Shown: positions 1 through 8,554 of the stretch, in pieces
Numbering within the stretch: position 1 is the first letter of the stretch
Layout: the number at the start of each line of letters is the position of its first letter
Assembly: GCA_963708295.1 (NCBI GenBank)
Contig: CAVPSJ010000004.1
Span: 384,001 to 448,000, forward strand
Direction of reading: 5' to 3'
DNA length: 64,000 nt
Source: an uncultured delta proteobacterium
Lineage (GTDB): Bacteria; Desulfobacterota; BSN033; UBA1163
Made by a program: the position numbers and the translations under genes
The notes under the pieces: generated by a model
What the model was told of the DNA's origin: nothing
The model's database searches: none
The model's input: the letters and a program-made list of their open reading frames with translations, nothing else

Positions 1-711
1 CTTAATGTAGCCGATGCCACGGACCATATATTCCAGCCCGGAAAACTCAACCAACCTTCCACCGACATCATTGTTTCCTGCCCGTACCGCTTCGATCACT
101 CGATCGATGGAAATGTTGTAAGCCACCAGTTTATTGGGGTCCACGTTCACCTGATACTGCTTGACAAACCCGCCGACGGGTGCAACCTCGGCCACTCCCG
201 GCACCGCCTGCAACGCATACCGAAGATGCCAATCTTGAAAAGAGCGCAACTGGGAGAGATCGTTCTTACCTGTCTTGTCGACGAGGGCATACTGGAACAC
301 CCATCCAATGGCTGTCTCGTCGCGAGCCAGCTCGACGTTGACCCCCTGGGGAAGGCGAGGCAGGATGTTACTCAAATATTCGAGGGTTCGTGAGCGGGCC
401 CAGTAGATATCCGTTCCATCCTCAAAGATGATATAGACGTAAGAGTAGCCGAAATCGGAAAATCCCCGGATGTCCTTAACCTTCGGTACGCCCAGGAGGG
501 CCGAGACGATCGGATAAGTGACCTGATCTTCCATGATATCAGGGCTGCGGTCCCATCGAGAGTAAATGATGACCTGGGTATCTGAAAGATCAGGGATTGC
601 ATCGAGCCTGATATTCTTGATGGAGTACAATCCCCATAACACGGCCATTCCAATAAAGAGGAAAACGATGAATTTATTATGGGCACACCACTCAATCAGC
701 TTGTTGATCAT
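1..711 (-). CDS. cusA: CusA/CzcA-family heavy-metal efflux RND transporter, N-terminal part (runs off window edge)
   Basis: Manual translation from ATG at 711: MINKLIEWCAHNKFIV...LDAIPDLSDTQVIIYSRW...EDQVTYPIVSALL...DGTDIYWARSRTLEYL, typical CusA N-terminus; follows cusB. Absent from ORF track. Confidence 0.92.
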   Translation of the reverse strand, partial: MINKLIEWCAHNKFIVFLFIGMAVLWGLYSIKNIRLDAIPDLSDTQVIIYSRWDRSPDIMEDQVTYPIVSALLGVPKVKDIRGFSDFGYSYVYIIFEDGTDIYWARSRTLEYLSNILPRLPQGVNVELARDETAIGWVFQYALVDKTGKNDLSQLRSFQDWHLRYALQAVPGVAEVAPVGGFVKQYQVNVDPNKLVAYNISIDRVIEAVRAGNNDVGGRLVEFSGLEYMVRGIGYIK

Positions 712-867
712 TAAAGCCTCCAAAGAAGAGAAACAGTTCGGAGTGATTCGTCCGCCTGCCTGCAACAGGGAGGGAGTTCGGAGTGTTTAGTTTCAAAGAT
801 CCGAACTCTGACAGAATTTCAAATTCCAAAATCCGCAATTGTTCATCTATTTTCCGTATCCCGCATG

Positions 868-2106
868 CTACATGCCCGGCATACCAGCCATCCCTCCCAC
901 TGCCTCTTTTAACTTTGATTCGGAGTCGATGAGGAAATTGGCGCTCGTCACCACCCGCTCTCCAGCCTTGAGCCCTTTGATCACCTCATAGTAATTATCC
1001 ACCTTGGAACCAACCTTTACCTCTCTCGGTTCAAAATATCCATTGCCTTTGTCGATGATGGCTAACTGTCGAAGACCGGTATCGATGATTGCTCCCTCTG
1101 GAACAGTCAGCTTTTGTCCCAGGTGAACTTTGATTTCCACATTGGCATACATTTCCGGTTTCAATTTTCCATGAGGATTCGGAATTTCAAACCTTACCTT
1201 TGCGGTTCGAGTTTCCGGATTGAGGGAAGGATAGATGTAGATCGCTCTCCCGGTAAACGTCTCCCCGGGCATAGAAGCGAGTTGAACCGAGGCCTGCTGT
1301 CCCAAACGCACAAAAGGCAGTTCATATTCGTAGACATCCGCATAGAGCCAGACGACCGAGAGATCAGCAAGTTTGAACAAAGCCACTCCTGGCATCACAT
1401 TCATCCCTTTGTTGGCGGCTTTTTCCAAAACAAATCCGCTGAAAGGAGAGTATAAGGTAAGTGTCTTCTTAGCCTGGCCACTCTCCTCTAAAGCCTTGAT
1501 TTGATCATCGCTGATATCCCAGAGTTTTAGACGCCGCTTGGCAGATTCTGCCAAAGAGTCTCCACTCCTGGCCACTTCGGGAAATGGACTTTTGGACAAG
1601 TCCCTTTTGGCTCGAAGAGCAATGAGATACTCCTCCTGTGTGGAGACCAGTTCGGGGCTATAAATCGTGAGAAGAGGTTCGCCTTGTTTGACAAATCTGC
1701 CTGTGAAATCGACATAGAGGTCTTCAATCCAGCCCCCAATTTTGGGTGAGACCGTAACGATCCTCTTTTCGTCATAGTCGATCCTCCCTACGGTCCGGAT
1801 CACCTTCTGAAGAGGTCTCATTTCTACGGTTCCGAACTTTACTCCGATCAGTTGTTGTTTCTGTGGAGAAATTTGAACCGTTCCAGGAGCCACCTCTTGA
1901 ACCTTTCCTTCTTTCTGGATCGACTCCATGGTCAATCCCTTCATCTCCATATCCATTTCACTGGGCTTTTTTGCGGCTTCGGTCGTGGAGGCCTTTGCTC
2001 CGGATCTCATGCCTTCTTTAGGGGCAGCCGTCTCCTTCCCTTTTCCGCACCCGGAGATCAACCAGAAAAGAACCAGCGATAAGATGAGCCACGTCAATCT
2101 TCTCAT
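868..2106 (-). CDS. cusB: CusB-like RND periplasmic adaptor (membrane fusion protein)
   Basis: Lipoprotein-like signal (LISGC), Met-rich segments, GEPLLTIYSPEL, LKPEMYANVEI, FLIDSES motifs. Confidence 0.9.
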   Translation of the reverse strand: MRRLTWLILSLVLFWLISGCGKGKETAAPKEGMRSGAKASTTEAAKKPSEMDMEMKGLTMESIQKEGKVQEVAPGTVQISPQKQQLIGVKFGTVEMRPLQKVIRTVGRIDYDEKRIVTVSPKIGGWIEDLYVDFTGRFVKQGEPLLTIYSPELVSTQEEYLIALRAKRDLSKSPFPEVARSGDSLAESAKRRLKLWDISDDQIKALEESGQAKKTLTLYSPFSGFVLEKAANKGMNVMPGVALFKLADLSVVWLYADVYEYELPFVRLGQQASVQLASMPGETFTGRAIYIYPSLNPETRTAKVRFEIPNPHGKLKPEMYANVEIKVHLGQKLTVPEGAIIDTGLRQLAIIDKGNGYFEPREVKVGSKVDNYYEVIKGLKAGERVVTSANFLIDSESKLKEAVGGMAGMPGM

Positions 2107-3353
2107 TTCCCTTCCCCCCCTTCGAGGATTTGTTTTCCAATCGCCGCTCCTAAACTCGCCACGTTCTTCTCATATTCAGTCAAGGCCTGGTGATACTCCA
2201 ATTCATATTTGTAGAGCGTCATCTGACTATCCAACAGGGTCATAAAATCGGCCTTATTCACTCGATAGGAACTCATGGCTGAATTGATTTGAAGACTCGT
2301 CTGCGGGAGTATTCCTGTTTTATAGAGCTCGATTTGTCTTTCCCCCCGCTGGATCATGGAAGCCATATCGGTAATCATGAAAAGGACCTCATTCTTCATG
2401 GCTCGATATTGGGCTTCTGTGGCAAGAATCTCAGCTTTTGTCTCCGCCACTTTTCGATCCTGCTTCGACTTAAAGTATATCGGAATATTGAGTTCCATCA
2501 TCCCTGTAAGCATGTCACGGCGTTTCATGTCGGGACCATTATCTCTCTGACCATAGGCAAACCTAAAATTGATGTCAGGGTAGTATTCTCTCTTGGCAAG
2601 GGCGTAGGCCTTTTCCTTTGCTTCAATCATTTTCCTCATTCCCTTTAGAGTCGGGTTCATCTCTAGGGCCATTTTCTGGAGTTCTTCAATGGTGAAGGGA
2701 AATTCTCTAAGAACAACTTCTTCAGGTTCCCCCAAGGGCATTTCCGGAGGCCGATTGAGCAAGGCATTCAACTTTGCTTCCAGGGCCCTTTTCCGTTGCC
2801 CCAGCATAATCAGGTCATCCACCATTTTGGAGACTTCTACATGAGCCTTGAACACATCCTGCTGTATTCCCTCTCCGACGGCATAGCGTGTTTCGGCAAT
2901 CTTTGCAAAATCTTCCAGAATCCTTTTGTTCCTTTGGGTGACTTCTGTTGTCCGGTAGTTGTGAGAGAGCTCATAATAGGCCGTCTTCACGTCCTTAATA
3001 ATTTGATGGACTTTTCCTTGAATCTCGGCGGAAACTGCCTCTGCCTCCTTGGATGCCATCTCCTTCATCAATGGTCTCTTACCAGGAAATGGAAACTTCT
3101 GGGAGATGGAAAATTCCTTCATCGTCATATCTTCATCTTTAAAACTAAAGTTGGTAGGGAGGTTGACGATTCCAAAACCGAACATCGGGTCTTCCAACGC
3201 ATAGGACTGGGGGATTTTTTCCTTATAAATCTCCCACTTTATCTTTACCGCTGAAATTTCCGGATTGTTCTGAAGAGCCTCATCCACCAATCGATCTACA
3301 TTCAACCTCGGTTTTTCCGACTGAGCTGATGAGGAATAAGGCAATAACACCAA
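2103..3353 (-). CDS. TolC/CusC-family outer-membrane efflux protein
   Basis: OEP-type features (ALQNNPEI, ISQKFPFPGK); first gene of CBA operon. True ATG probably near 3409, out of frame by one base in a T/C run. Confidence 0.85.
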   Translation of the reverse strand: MVLLPYSSSAQSEKPRLNVDRLVDEALQNNPEISAVKIKWEIYKEKIPQSYALEDPMFGFGIVNLPTNFSFKDEDMTMKEFSISQKFPFPGKRPLMKEMASKEAEAVSAEIQGKVHQIIKDVKTAYYELSHNYRTTEVTQRNKRILEDFAKIAETRYAVGEGIQQDVFKAHVEVSKMVDDLIMLGQRKRALEAKLNALLNRPPEMPLGEPEEVVLREFPFTIEELQKMALEMNPTLKGMRKMIEAKEKAYALAKREYYPDINFRFAYGQRDNGPDMKRRDMLTGMMELNIPIYFKSKQDRKVAETKAEILATEAQYRAMKNEVLFMITDMASMIQRGERQIELYKTGILPQTSLQINSAMSSYRVNKADFMTLLDSQMTLYKYELEYHQALTEYEKNVASLGAAIGKQILEGGEGK

Positions 3354-3670
3354 AGATGAAAGAAAAGAAGAAAATCCCCTTTACCAACCCAAATAACCTT
3401 AACCCCATTTAATCACCTTCCTTCTGTAAAATTGTCCAGTTTTCAATGAGACTATTTAGATAATCTCTTTTACGGTAATAAGAATGTGTTGACAAGTAAA
3501 TACTCACAACTTGTTATTTTAACTGGAAAAAGACAGTACATTCTCCCATTTTCAACTCATTCAAGAGCTAAGACTAGCGATGCCGGAGCGTGCCCTATAA
3601 ACTCTTTTGATTTTAAAGAATTGAATCCATGAATATTTTAGAACCCATTCGTGCTCAAAATTAAGACAAA

Positions 3671-3763
3671 AAAGCTCTTGACCTTTCCGGTTAAACCTTT
3701 AGGGGGGTAAAGGTTTAACGATTCGGGGACCTAACTTCAATCAGGTCCTTGGCCAAGAGCTTT
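3671..3763. other. Multi-stem inverted-repeat structure upstream of cusC
   Basis: Outer arms AAAGCTCTTGACC/GGCCAAGAGCTTT, inner perfect 12-bp dyad GTTAAACCTTTA-G6-TAAAGGTTTAAC (3690-3719), short GGACCT/AGGTCC stem; T-run follows on minus strand. Confidence 0.6.
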
Positions 3764-3880
3764 TTCTTATTAATTGAAATTATAAACTTATAAGCTTTTC
3801 TTTTAGACTAAACTGACGGTGAATCCCAATTCAAGAAACTTGCATTCCTTATAAAAATAATAAGTTCTTTAACTTTAATC

Positions 3881-3896
3881 AGCAATCCTTGTGCCA
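3881..3896 (-). promoter_or_regulatory. Sigma-54 (-24/-12) promoter facing cusCBA
   Basis: Minus strand TGGCAC-AAGGA-TTGCT matches TGGCAC-N5-TTGCW consensus. Confidence 0.7.
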
Positions 3897-3925
3897 AGGT
3901 CCCGCACCTAATGATTCGTCCCCCT

Positions 3926-4219
3926 TCATCCCCGGGGAATAAAGTTTGGACTTAAATATTCAGGAGGATGAAAGATCGAATTTACCAACCCATCGCTTAA
4001 CAGCAGCATTTTGGCTGGAATGAGAAGGCCGTTAAATGGAAGGCTTGAAATTTCTGAGACAACGATATCCACAATCATCGGACAGTGAAATGGAACTCCG
4101 CAATCCATCTTCATATTCCCCGAGTGATTTTCCTCCGGGCATCCATCCATGTGAAACACGGGGGCATAGGACAAAAGGATTCCGATAACAAGGAGGCATC
4201 CTATGGTTTTCATATCCAT
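3926..4219 (-). CDS. Small exported Cys/His/Met-rich protein with C-terminal IFHPP motif (DUF2946-like)
   Basis: N-terminal hydrophobic stretch, HMDGC...H...MKMDC...HCPM, SIFHPP; RBS GGGAG; directly upstream of metal efflux operon. Confidence 0.6.
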   Translation of the reverse strand: MDMKTIGCLLVIGILLSYAPVFHMDGCPEENHSGNMKMDCGVPFHCPMIVDIVVSEISSLPFNGLLIPAKMLLLSDGLVNSIFHPPEYLSPNFIPRG

Positions 4220-4259
4220 TTTCTCCCATCCAAAAGGAGATAGCCTTTGACCGACCTGC

Positions 4260-4282
4260 TAAACCTTTAGGGGGGTGAAGGT
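4260..4282. promoter_or_regulatory. Second copy of TAAACCTTTA-G6-TRAAGGT dyad
   Basis: Near-identical to 3692-3714. Confidence 0.55.
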
Positions 4283-5313
4283 GTTAACTTCGGGTGTTCA
4301 ACGGAGAACCGTATTTTCTGTCTTTCACAACCAGGGCAGTACTCAGGATATCGCTCCCCTCCATCCGGAAAAATTGTTACAATCACACCCCGGTCAATCG
4401 ACTCTGCCAACTTCAATGAGGCCCAGAAAGCAGCACCCGAAGAAGGCCCTACCCAGAGACCTTCCTCCTTTGTCAGACGGATCATCATCTCGTAAGCATC
4501 TTCTGTTTTAACAAAGAATGTCCCATCCAGGATGGATTCGTCATAAATCCCCGGACGGATGGCGGTTTCAATATGCTTCAACCCTTCTATCCCATGGAAA
4601 CCGCTGTCCGGTTGAACCCCGAAGACTCTCATTTTGGAGTTATACTCCTTCAACCTTCTCCCTGTGCCCATCACTGTACCCCCTGTCCCAACACCTGCGA
4701 TGAAATGGGTCACTCGCCTCTTGCTCTGATGCAGAATCTCCAATCCTGTGCTTTCATAGTGGGCCCGCCAGTTGGATGGGTTATTATACTGGTCTGCCTT
4801 AAAGTACTGATTGGGATTTGATTCATAGATTTCTCTGGCTTTCAGAAGAGCTCCATCTGAACCCATCAAAGGATCTGTGAAGATCAGTCTCACACCATAG
4901 GCTTCCAGAGCTTTCTTTCTCTCCTCGCTCACATTGGCAGGAACGACCAGTTCCACGCGATACCCTTTGATCGCCCCAATCATCGCATAAGCGATCCCTG
5001 TGTTCCCCGAAGTGGAATCAAGGATGATCTTTCCCCGGGTCAGCTCGCCAGATCGTTCTCCATCTTCGATAATCCTCAGGCCGGCCCGATCCTTGACAGA
5101 CCCTCCAGGATTGAGCCATTCCGCTTTTGCAAAAATCTGAACTCCTCTCAGGTGCTTGGTCACGCGGCAGATCTGTATCAGAGGTGTATTTCCAATGAAG
5201 GTAAGCAGGGAATCTGGATTTGCACTCCTTATATCTTTTCGGTCCTGCAAGACATCCCTGATTTGAAGGGCTTCCATCAATCCATCCTTTGTCTGCAATC
5301 CGGCGTTAGCCAA
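4267..5313 (-). CDS. cysM: PLP-dependent cysteine synthase (CysM/CysK family)
   Basis: IGNTPL, NPGGSVKDR (PLP Lys), TSGNTG, GVGTGGT, GPSSGA. Last ~25 aa probably frameshifted; corrected stop at about 4284. Confidence 0.9.
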   Translation of the reverse strand: MANAGLQTKDGLMEALQIRDVLQDRKDIRSANPDSLLTFIGNTPLIQICRVTKHLRGVQIFAKAEWLNPGGSVKDRAGLRIIEDGERSGELTRGKIILDSTSGNTGIAYAMIGAIKGYRVELVVPANVSEERKKALEAYGVRLIFTDPLMGSDGALLKAREIYESNPNQYFKADQYNNPSNWRAHYESTGLEILHQSKRRVTHFIAGVGTGGTVMGTGRRLKEYNSKMRVFGVQPDSGFHGIEGLKHIETAIRPGIYDESILDGTFFVKTEDAYEMMIRLTKEEGLWVGPSSGAAFWASLKLAESIDRGVIVTIFPDGGERYPEYCPGCERQKIRFSVEHPKLTPSPP

Positions 5314-5707
5314 TCACGTCGATCTCCTCAAGGTAGATGGCTTCTTTCTCAATCTGGAAAGCTTTCACCACTGGATTTTTCTCCTCTTTTAAAGAGATGA
5401 TGATGGAGGAGACATCCGGATAGAAAGTCAATTTCACATCGGTCTCAGACGGGAATGGAATCGTATGAGGATGGGAATGATAGATGGCAACCATTCTCAT
5501 CGATTCCTTTTCCATTTCCTCAAAGACCTTCATTTGCTCTTGTGGAGACATGGAATAGAGAACCGGACTTTCCTCCGTATTCCGAAGTTCGAAAGACTTT
5601 TGGACGGTTTTATCCTTCCCGCTTAAAATCCCGCAGCACTCTAAGGGCCACTCCCTTTTCGCATGGTCCACCATTTCTTGAAAAATCGTTTTGGGAATGC
5701 GAATCAT
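5306..5707 (-). CDS. JAB/Mov34 (M67, Mec-like) metallopeptidase
   Basis: PLECCGIL and YHSHP...PSETD JAMM motif. Confidence 0.9.
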   Translation of the reverse strand: MIRIPKTIFQEMVDHAKREWPLECCGILSGKDKTVQKSFELRNTEESPVLYSMSPQEQMKVFEEMEKESMRMVAIYHSHPHTIPFPSETDVKLTFYPDVSSIIISLKEEKNPVVKAFQIEKEAIYLEEIDVIG

Positions 5708-5721
5708 TGAAAAACCCTTTT

Positions 5722-6705
5722 CTAATGGCCGGGCGGCGGACCTGTTTCAATACTCTCGCTTGCCCTGCTCCACTCGATCCATGAACCATCATAGTTATGG
5801 AGCTTCTCCAAGGGATAACCGACCAAATAGAGGCTCACCAAACTGTGAGCCGAGCGCACCCCGGAGTGTCAGTAGAGGTAAATGTCTTTTTCCGGTGTGA
5901 CTCCTCTGGCGGAAAAGGTTTTCTTAATCTCTTCTGCCGATTTCCAGTAGCCCTTATAAGGCCCTTCCTCCAAAATCGCCTCTTTCCATTCAATCCAGGT
6001 AACCCCGGGAATGCGGCCACCTTGGGTAGCACCTTTCTTTATCTCTTCGCCCACATATTCCTTCTTGGTGCGGACATCTAAGACAATTCTACCGGGTCTT
6101 TTCAATGCCGACTTGACCTCCGGCAAGGTGCAAAACAACGGTTTTCGTCCTTCCGTCTCCCCCTGGAGCTTGAATCTCGTCTTCTCCAGTTGGGCGGGTA
6201 TTACCTCAAGGGGATGGCCCTTTGCTTTCCAACCATCAATGCCCCCATCAAGAAGTTTCATCTGTTTCAGGGGAAATCCATAGTAGGCAAGAATCCACCA
6301 AAGCCTCGCATGGTCATACAGATCCGAATAGATGATCAGGGTATTCTTCTCACGGATCCCCAGGTTTCCCAAAAGCGCTTCCATCTGGGGTTGGGGAGCC
6401 ATCATCCCGGGGATGGGATGATTTTTATCCTCCATATCCGGACGCCACACCTGGACGGCTCCTGGAATATGGCCGCTGAGATACTGAAGTTTCTCGCGTA
6501 CGTCGATGATTCGAATTTTGGGGTCTTTTTTCTGAACAAGGGCATTAAGTTCATCGGGCTGGATAATCATTTCTGGATGAGCATATCCTCCGTTGGGAAC
6601 GGCATGGGAGGCTTGGGTTAAGGAGATAAGAAACAAGGCTAGGGCGAATATCAAAGCAAATGTCCTGGTCCGTTTTATAGGCGTCTTAGATTCCTCGCCA
6701 ATCAT
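5722..6705 (-). CDS. Two-domain rhodanese/sulfurtransferase, probable selenoprotein (UGA at 5869-5871), with N-terminal signal peptide
   Basis: GHIPGA, LLDGG, GRIPG motifs. Reading through TGA gives YLY-U-HSGVRSAH...LHNYDGSWIEWS, the active-site loop plus C-terminal rhodanese signature, ending TAG at 5722. Hairpin 17 nt after UGA. Confidence 0.88.
5832..5851 (-). promoter_or_regulatory. Putative bacterial SECIS hairpin (rhodanese)
   Basis: GGCUCAC-AGUUUG-GUGAGCC, perfect 7-bp stem with G/U-containing loop just 3' of the UGA. Confidence 0.7.
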
Positions 6706-6724
6706 TGAACCCGTCCCGATTTCC

Positions 6725-7936
6725 TTAAACGGCCGCCTGGCTTGTCGTCTCCAAGCTGCATGTATGCTGATAATCGGCCAGTCCCGTTATTTTCGGTTTC
6801 CCATTACAAAGGGGGCATGATGGATTTTTTCTGATCTGAAACGTTTTGAATTCCATTTCCAGGGATTGGTACATCAAGAATTGGCCGATCAGGGGTTTCC
6901 CTTTTTTCAAAATCAACTTGATCGCTTCGGTAGCCTGAATCAATCCGACTTGCCCGGGCACAACTCCCAGGACACCTGCTTCGTCTCAGCTGGGGACCAG
7001 ACCCGGCGGGGGAGGTTCAGGAAAGAGACAGCGCAAACACGGCCCTCCCTCTTTTGGAAAAAAGACACTGGCCTGGCCTTCAAATTGAAAGACGCCTCCA
7101 TAAATATAAGGCTTCCCGGTAAAGAAAGAAGCGTCGTTGACGAGATATTTCGTTGGGAAATTATCAGATCCATCAATGATGATATCGTACCCTTGAAAAA
7201 TCTCGAGAGCATTCTCCGGAGTCAATCGCTTTTGATAAGTCTCAACTTTTACATCGGGATTAATTCGATGAATGGCCTCTTTGGCTGATTCAGTCTTTGG
7301 CCTTCCCACATCAGACAAGCCGTGCAATATCTGCCGCTGGAGGTTGGTCAAATCCACTTTGTCCGAATCAATAATCCCAAGGGTTCCTACTCCCGCAGCA
7401 GCCAGATAAAGAGCGGCCGGACACCCCAGCCCTCCCGCACCGACCAGAAGGACTTTTGCATTTAACAGTCGAATCTGTCCTTCCATCCCGACGTCTTTAA
7501 GCAGAAGGTGCCGGCTATACCGGCTGAGTTGATCGGGCGTTAATTCGGAATCGCTCACCACTTCATAGCCAGCCGCCTTCCAACCATCGATCCCTTTGGC
7601 CATGGACAAGACATGGGTATACCCTTTTTCCTTCATCAACTTGGCAGCGGCGAGTGAACGGATACCTCCTGCGCAGTAAACGACCACGGAGGCATTCTTA
7701 TCAGGCAGCAGGGTCTCCACCTTTTCGCCTAAGAGGGCTTGAGCAAGGAAAGTTGCTCCCTGAATATATCCAAGCGCTATCTCCTCCTTCTCCCGGATAT
7801 CGAGGAGGACAACGGGCCCCTTTTTTTGAAGGAGTTGACGGGCCTCCTCAACAGAGACTTCGGAACCTTGTCTCTTGGCCTTGATGATAAACCAATCTTT
7901 GAAGGCAGTGATTGTCTTCAACGTTCCTATTTTCAT
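6725..7936 (-). CDS. moeB: Rhodanese-MoeB/ThiF (MoeZ-like) adenylyltransferase, probable selenoprotein (UGA at 6986-6988)
   Basis: N-terminal rhodanese (VVYCAGGIRS), RYSRHLLL, GAGGLG, NLQRQ, CLRC. Readthrough PPPPGLVPS-U-DEAGVLGVVPG matches family PSC(A)EAGVLG; same frame continues to CPLC and stop at 6725. Confidence 0.9.
6951..6974 (-). promoter_or_regulatory. Putative bacterial SECIS hairpin (MoeB)
   Basis: UGUCCUGGG-AGUUGUG-CCCGGGCA with one bulged U, starting about 11 nt after UGA. Confidence 0.65.
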
Positions 7937-7972
7937 TTGATACCCTCGTTTCTCTCCGTATGATGCGGAGAG

Positions 7973-8263
7973 TCACCTTTCCACCGAAGAACCACCGGCA
8001 ATGGCCGGGATGATAGAAATCTGATCCCCTTCTTTCAAAGGGGTCTCCAAGTTCCGGATGAATCGGATATCTTCGTCATTGACATAGATGTTGATGAATC
8101 GCCTCACCTCGCCCTTTTCATCCCTGAGTCTTTCTTCAAGCCCAGGATAAGTGTCCGTCAACGATCGAAGCACTTCTCCAACTGTATTCCCTTGCGACCT
8201 AATCACATCCTGTTCCCCGGCCAATTTCTTCAACGGGGCAGGGATTCGAACATGGACTTGCAT
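7973..8263 (-). CDS. MoaD/ThiS/CysO-family ubiquitin-like sulfur carrier with C-terminal extension after GG
   Basis: RRFINIYVNDEDIRF...LKEGDQISIIPAIAGG-SSVER; ATG 8263 preceded by GGAGG. Confidence 0.9.
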   Translation of the reverse strand: MQVHVRIPAPLKKLAGEQDVIRSQGNTVGEVLRSLTDTYPGLEERLRDEKGEVRRFINIYVNDEDIRFIRNLETPLKEGDQISIIPAIAGGSSVER

Positions 8264-8386
8264 GCTTTCCTCCATCATAGACTTGGTTTCAGTCAATTTT
8301 CTTAGAGTTTTGCTTTCTTGATTTCTCATTCAAAGCACGCTGTGACTTCATATTGTTTCATTTTTTATTTCGAATTCTAAAAAAAG

Positions 8387-8409
8387 TACTTTATAAAAAT
8401 TATCAAGAA
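8387..8409 (-). promoter_or_regulatory. Putative Rrf2 operator in sulfur-carrier operon leader
   Basis: TTCTTGATAATTTTTATAAAGTA, similar to sites at 8527-8549 and 9053-9075. Confidence 0.45.
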
Positions 8410-8517
8410 ATAGCTTACAAAAAATGGGAAATTACAAATTTCCCCCTTTAATTTACACAAAAGTAACCGCAACTATTTAGAATATAAGAAGTTATAAATA
8501 ATTCATATCTTTTTTTT

Positions 8518-8549
8518 ATGCTACCATTGTTTATAAAATATGTCAAGAA
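8518..8549 (-). promoter_or_regulatory. Sigma-70 promoter for sulfur-carrier operon overlapping an Rrf2-like site
   Basis: TTGACA-N17-TAGCAT on minus strand. Confidence 0.6.
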
Positions 8550-8554
8550 GAAAA

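Noticed and set aside
4267-4350. Apparent CxxC tail (YPEYCPGC...) on CysM suggesting a redox or metal switch
   Set aside because: Removing one base restores the family consensus RYLSTAL with a stop at about 4284; likely an indel artefact
6725-6961. Separate 78-aa ORF downstream of moeB
   Set aside because: It is the in-frame C-terminus of MoeB after UGA readthrough
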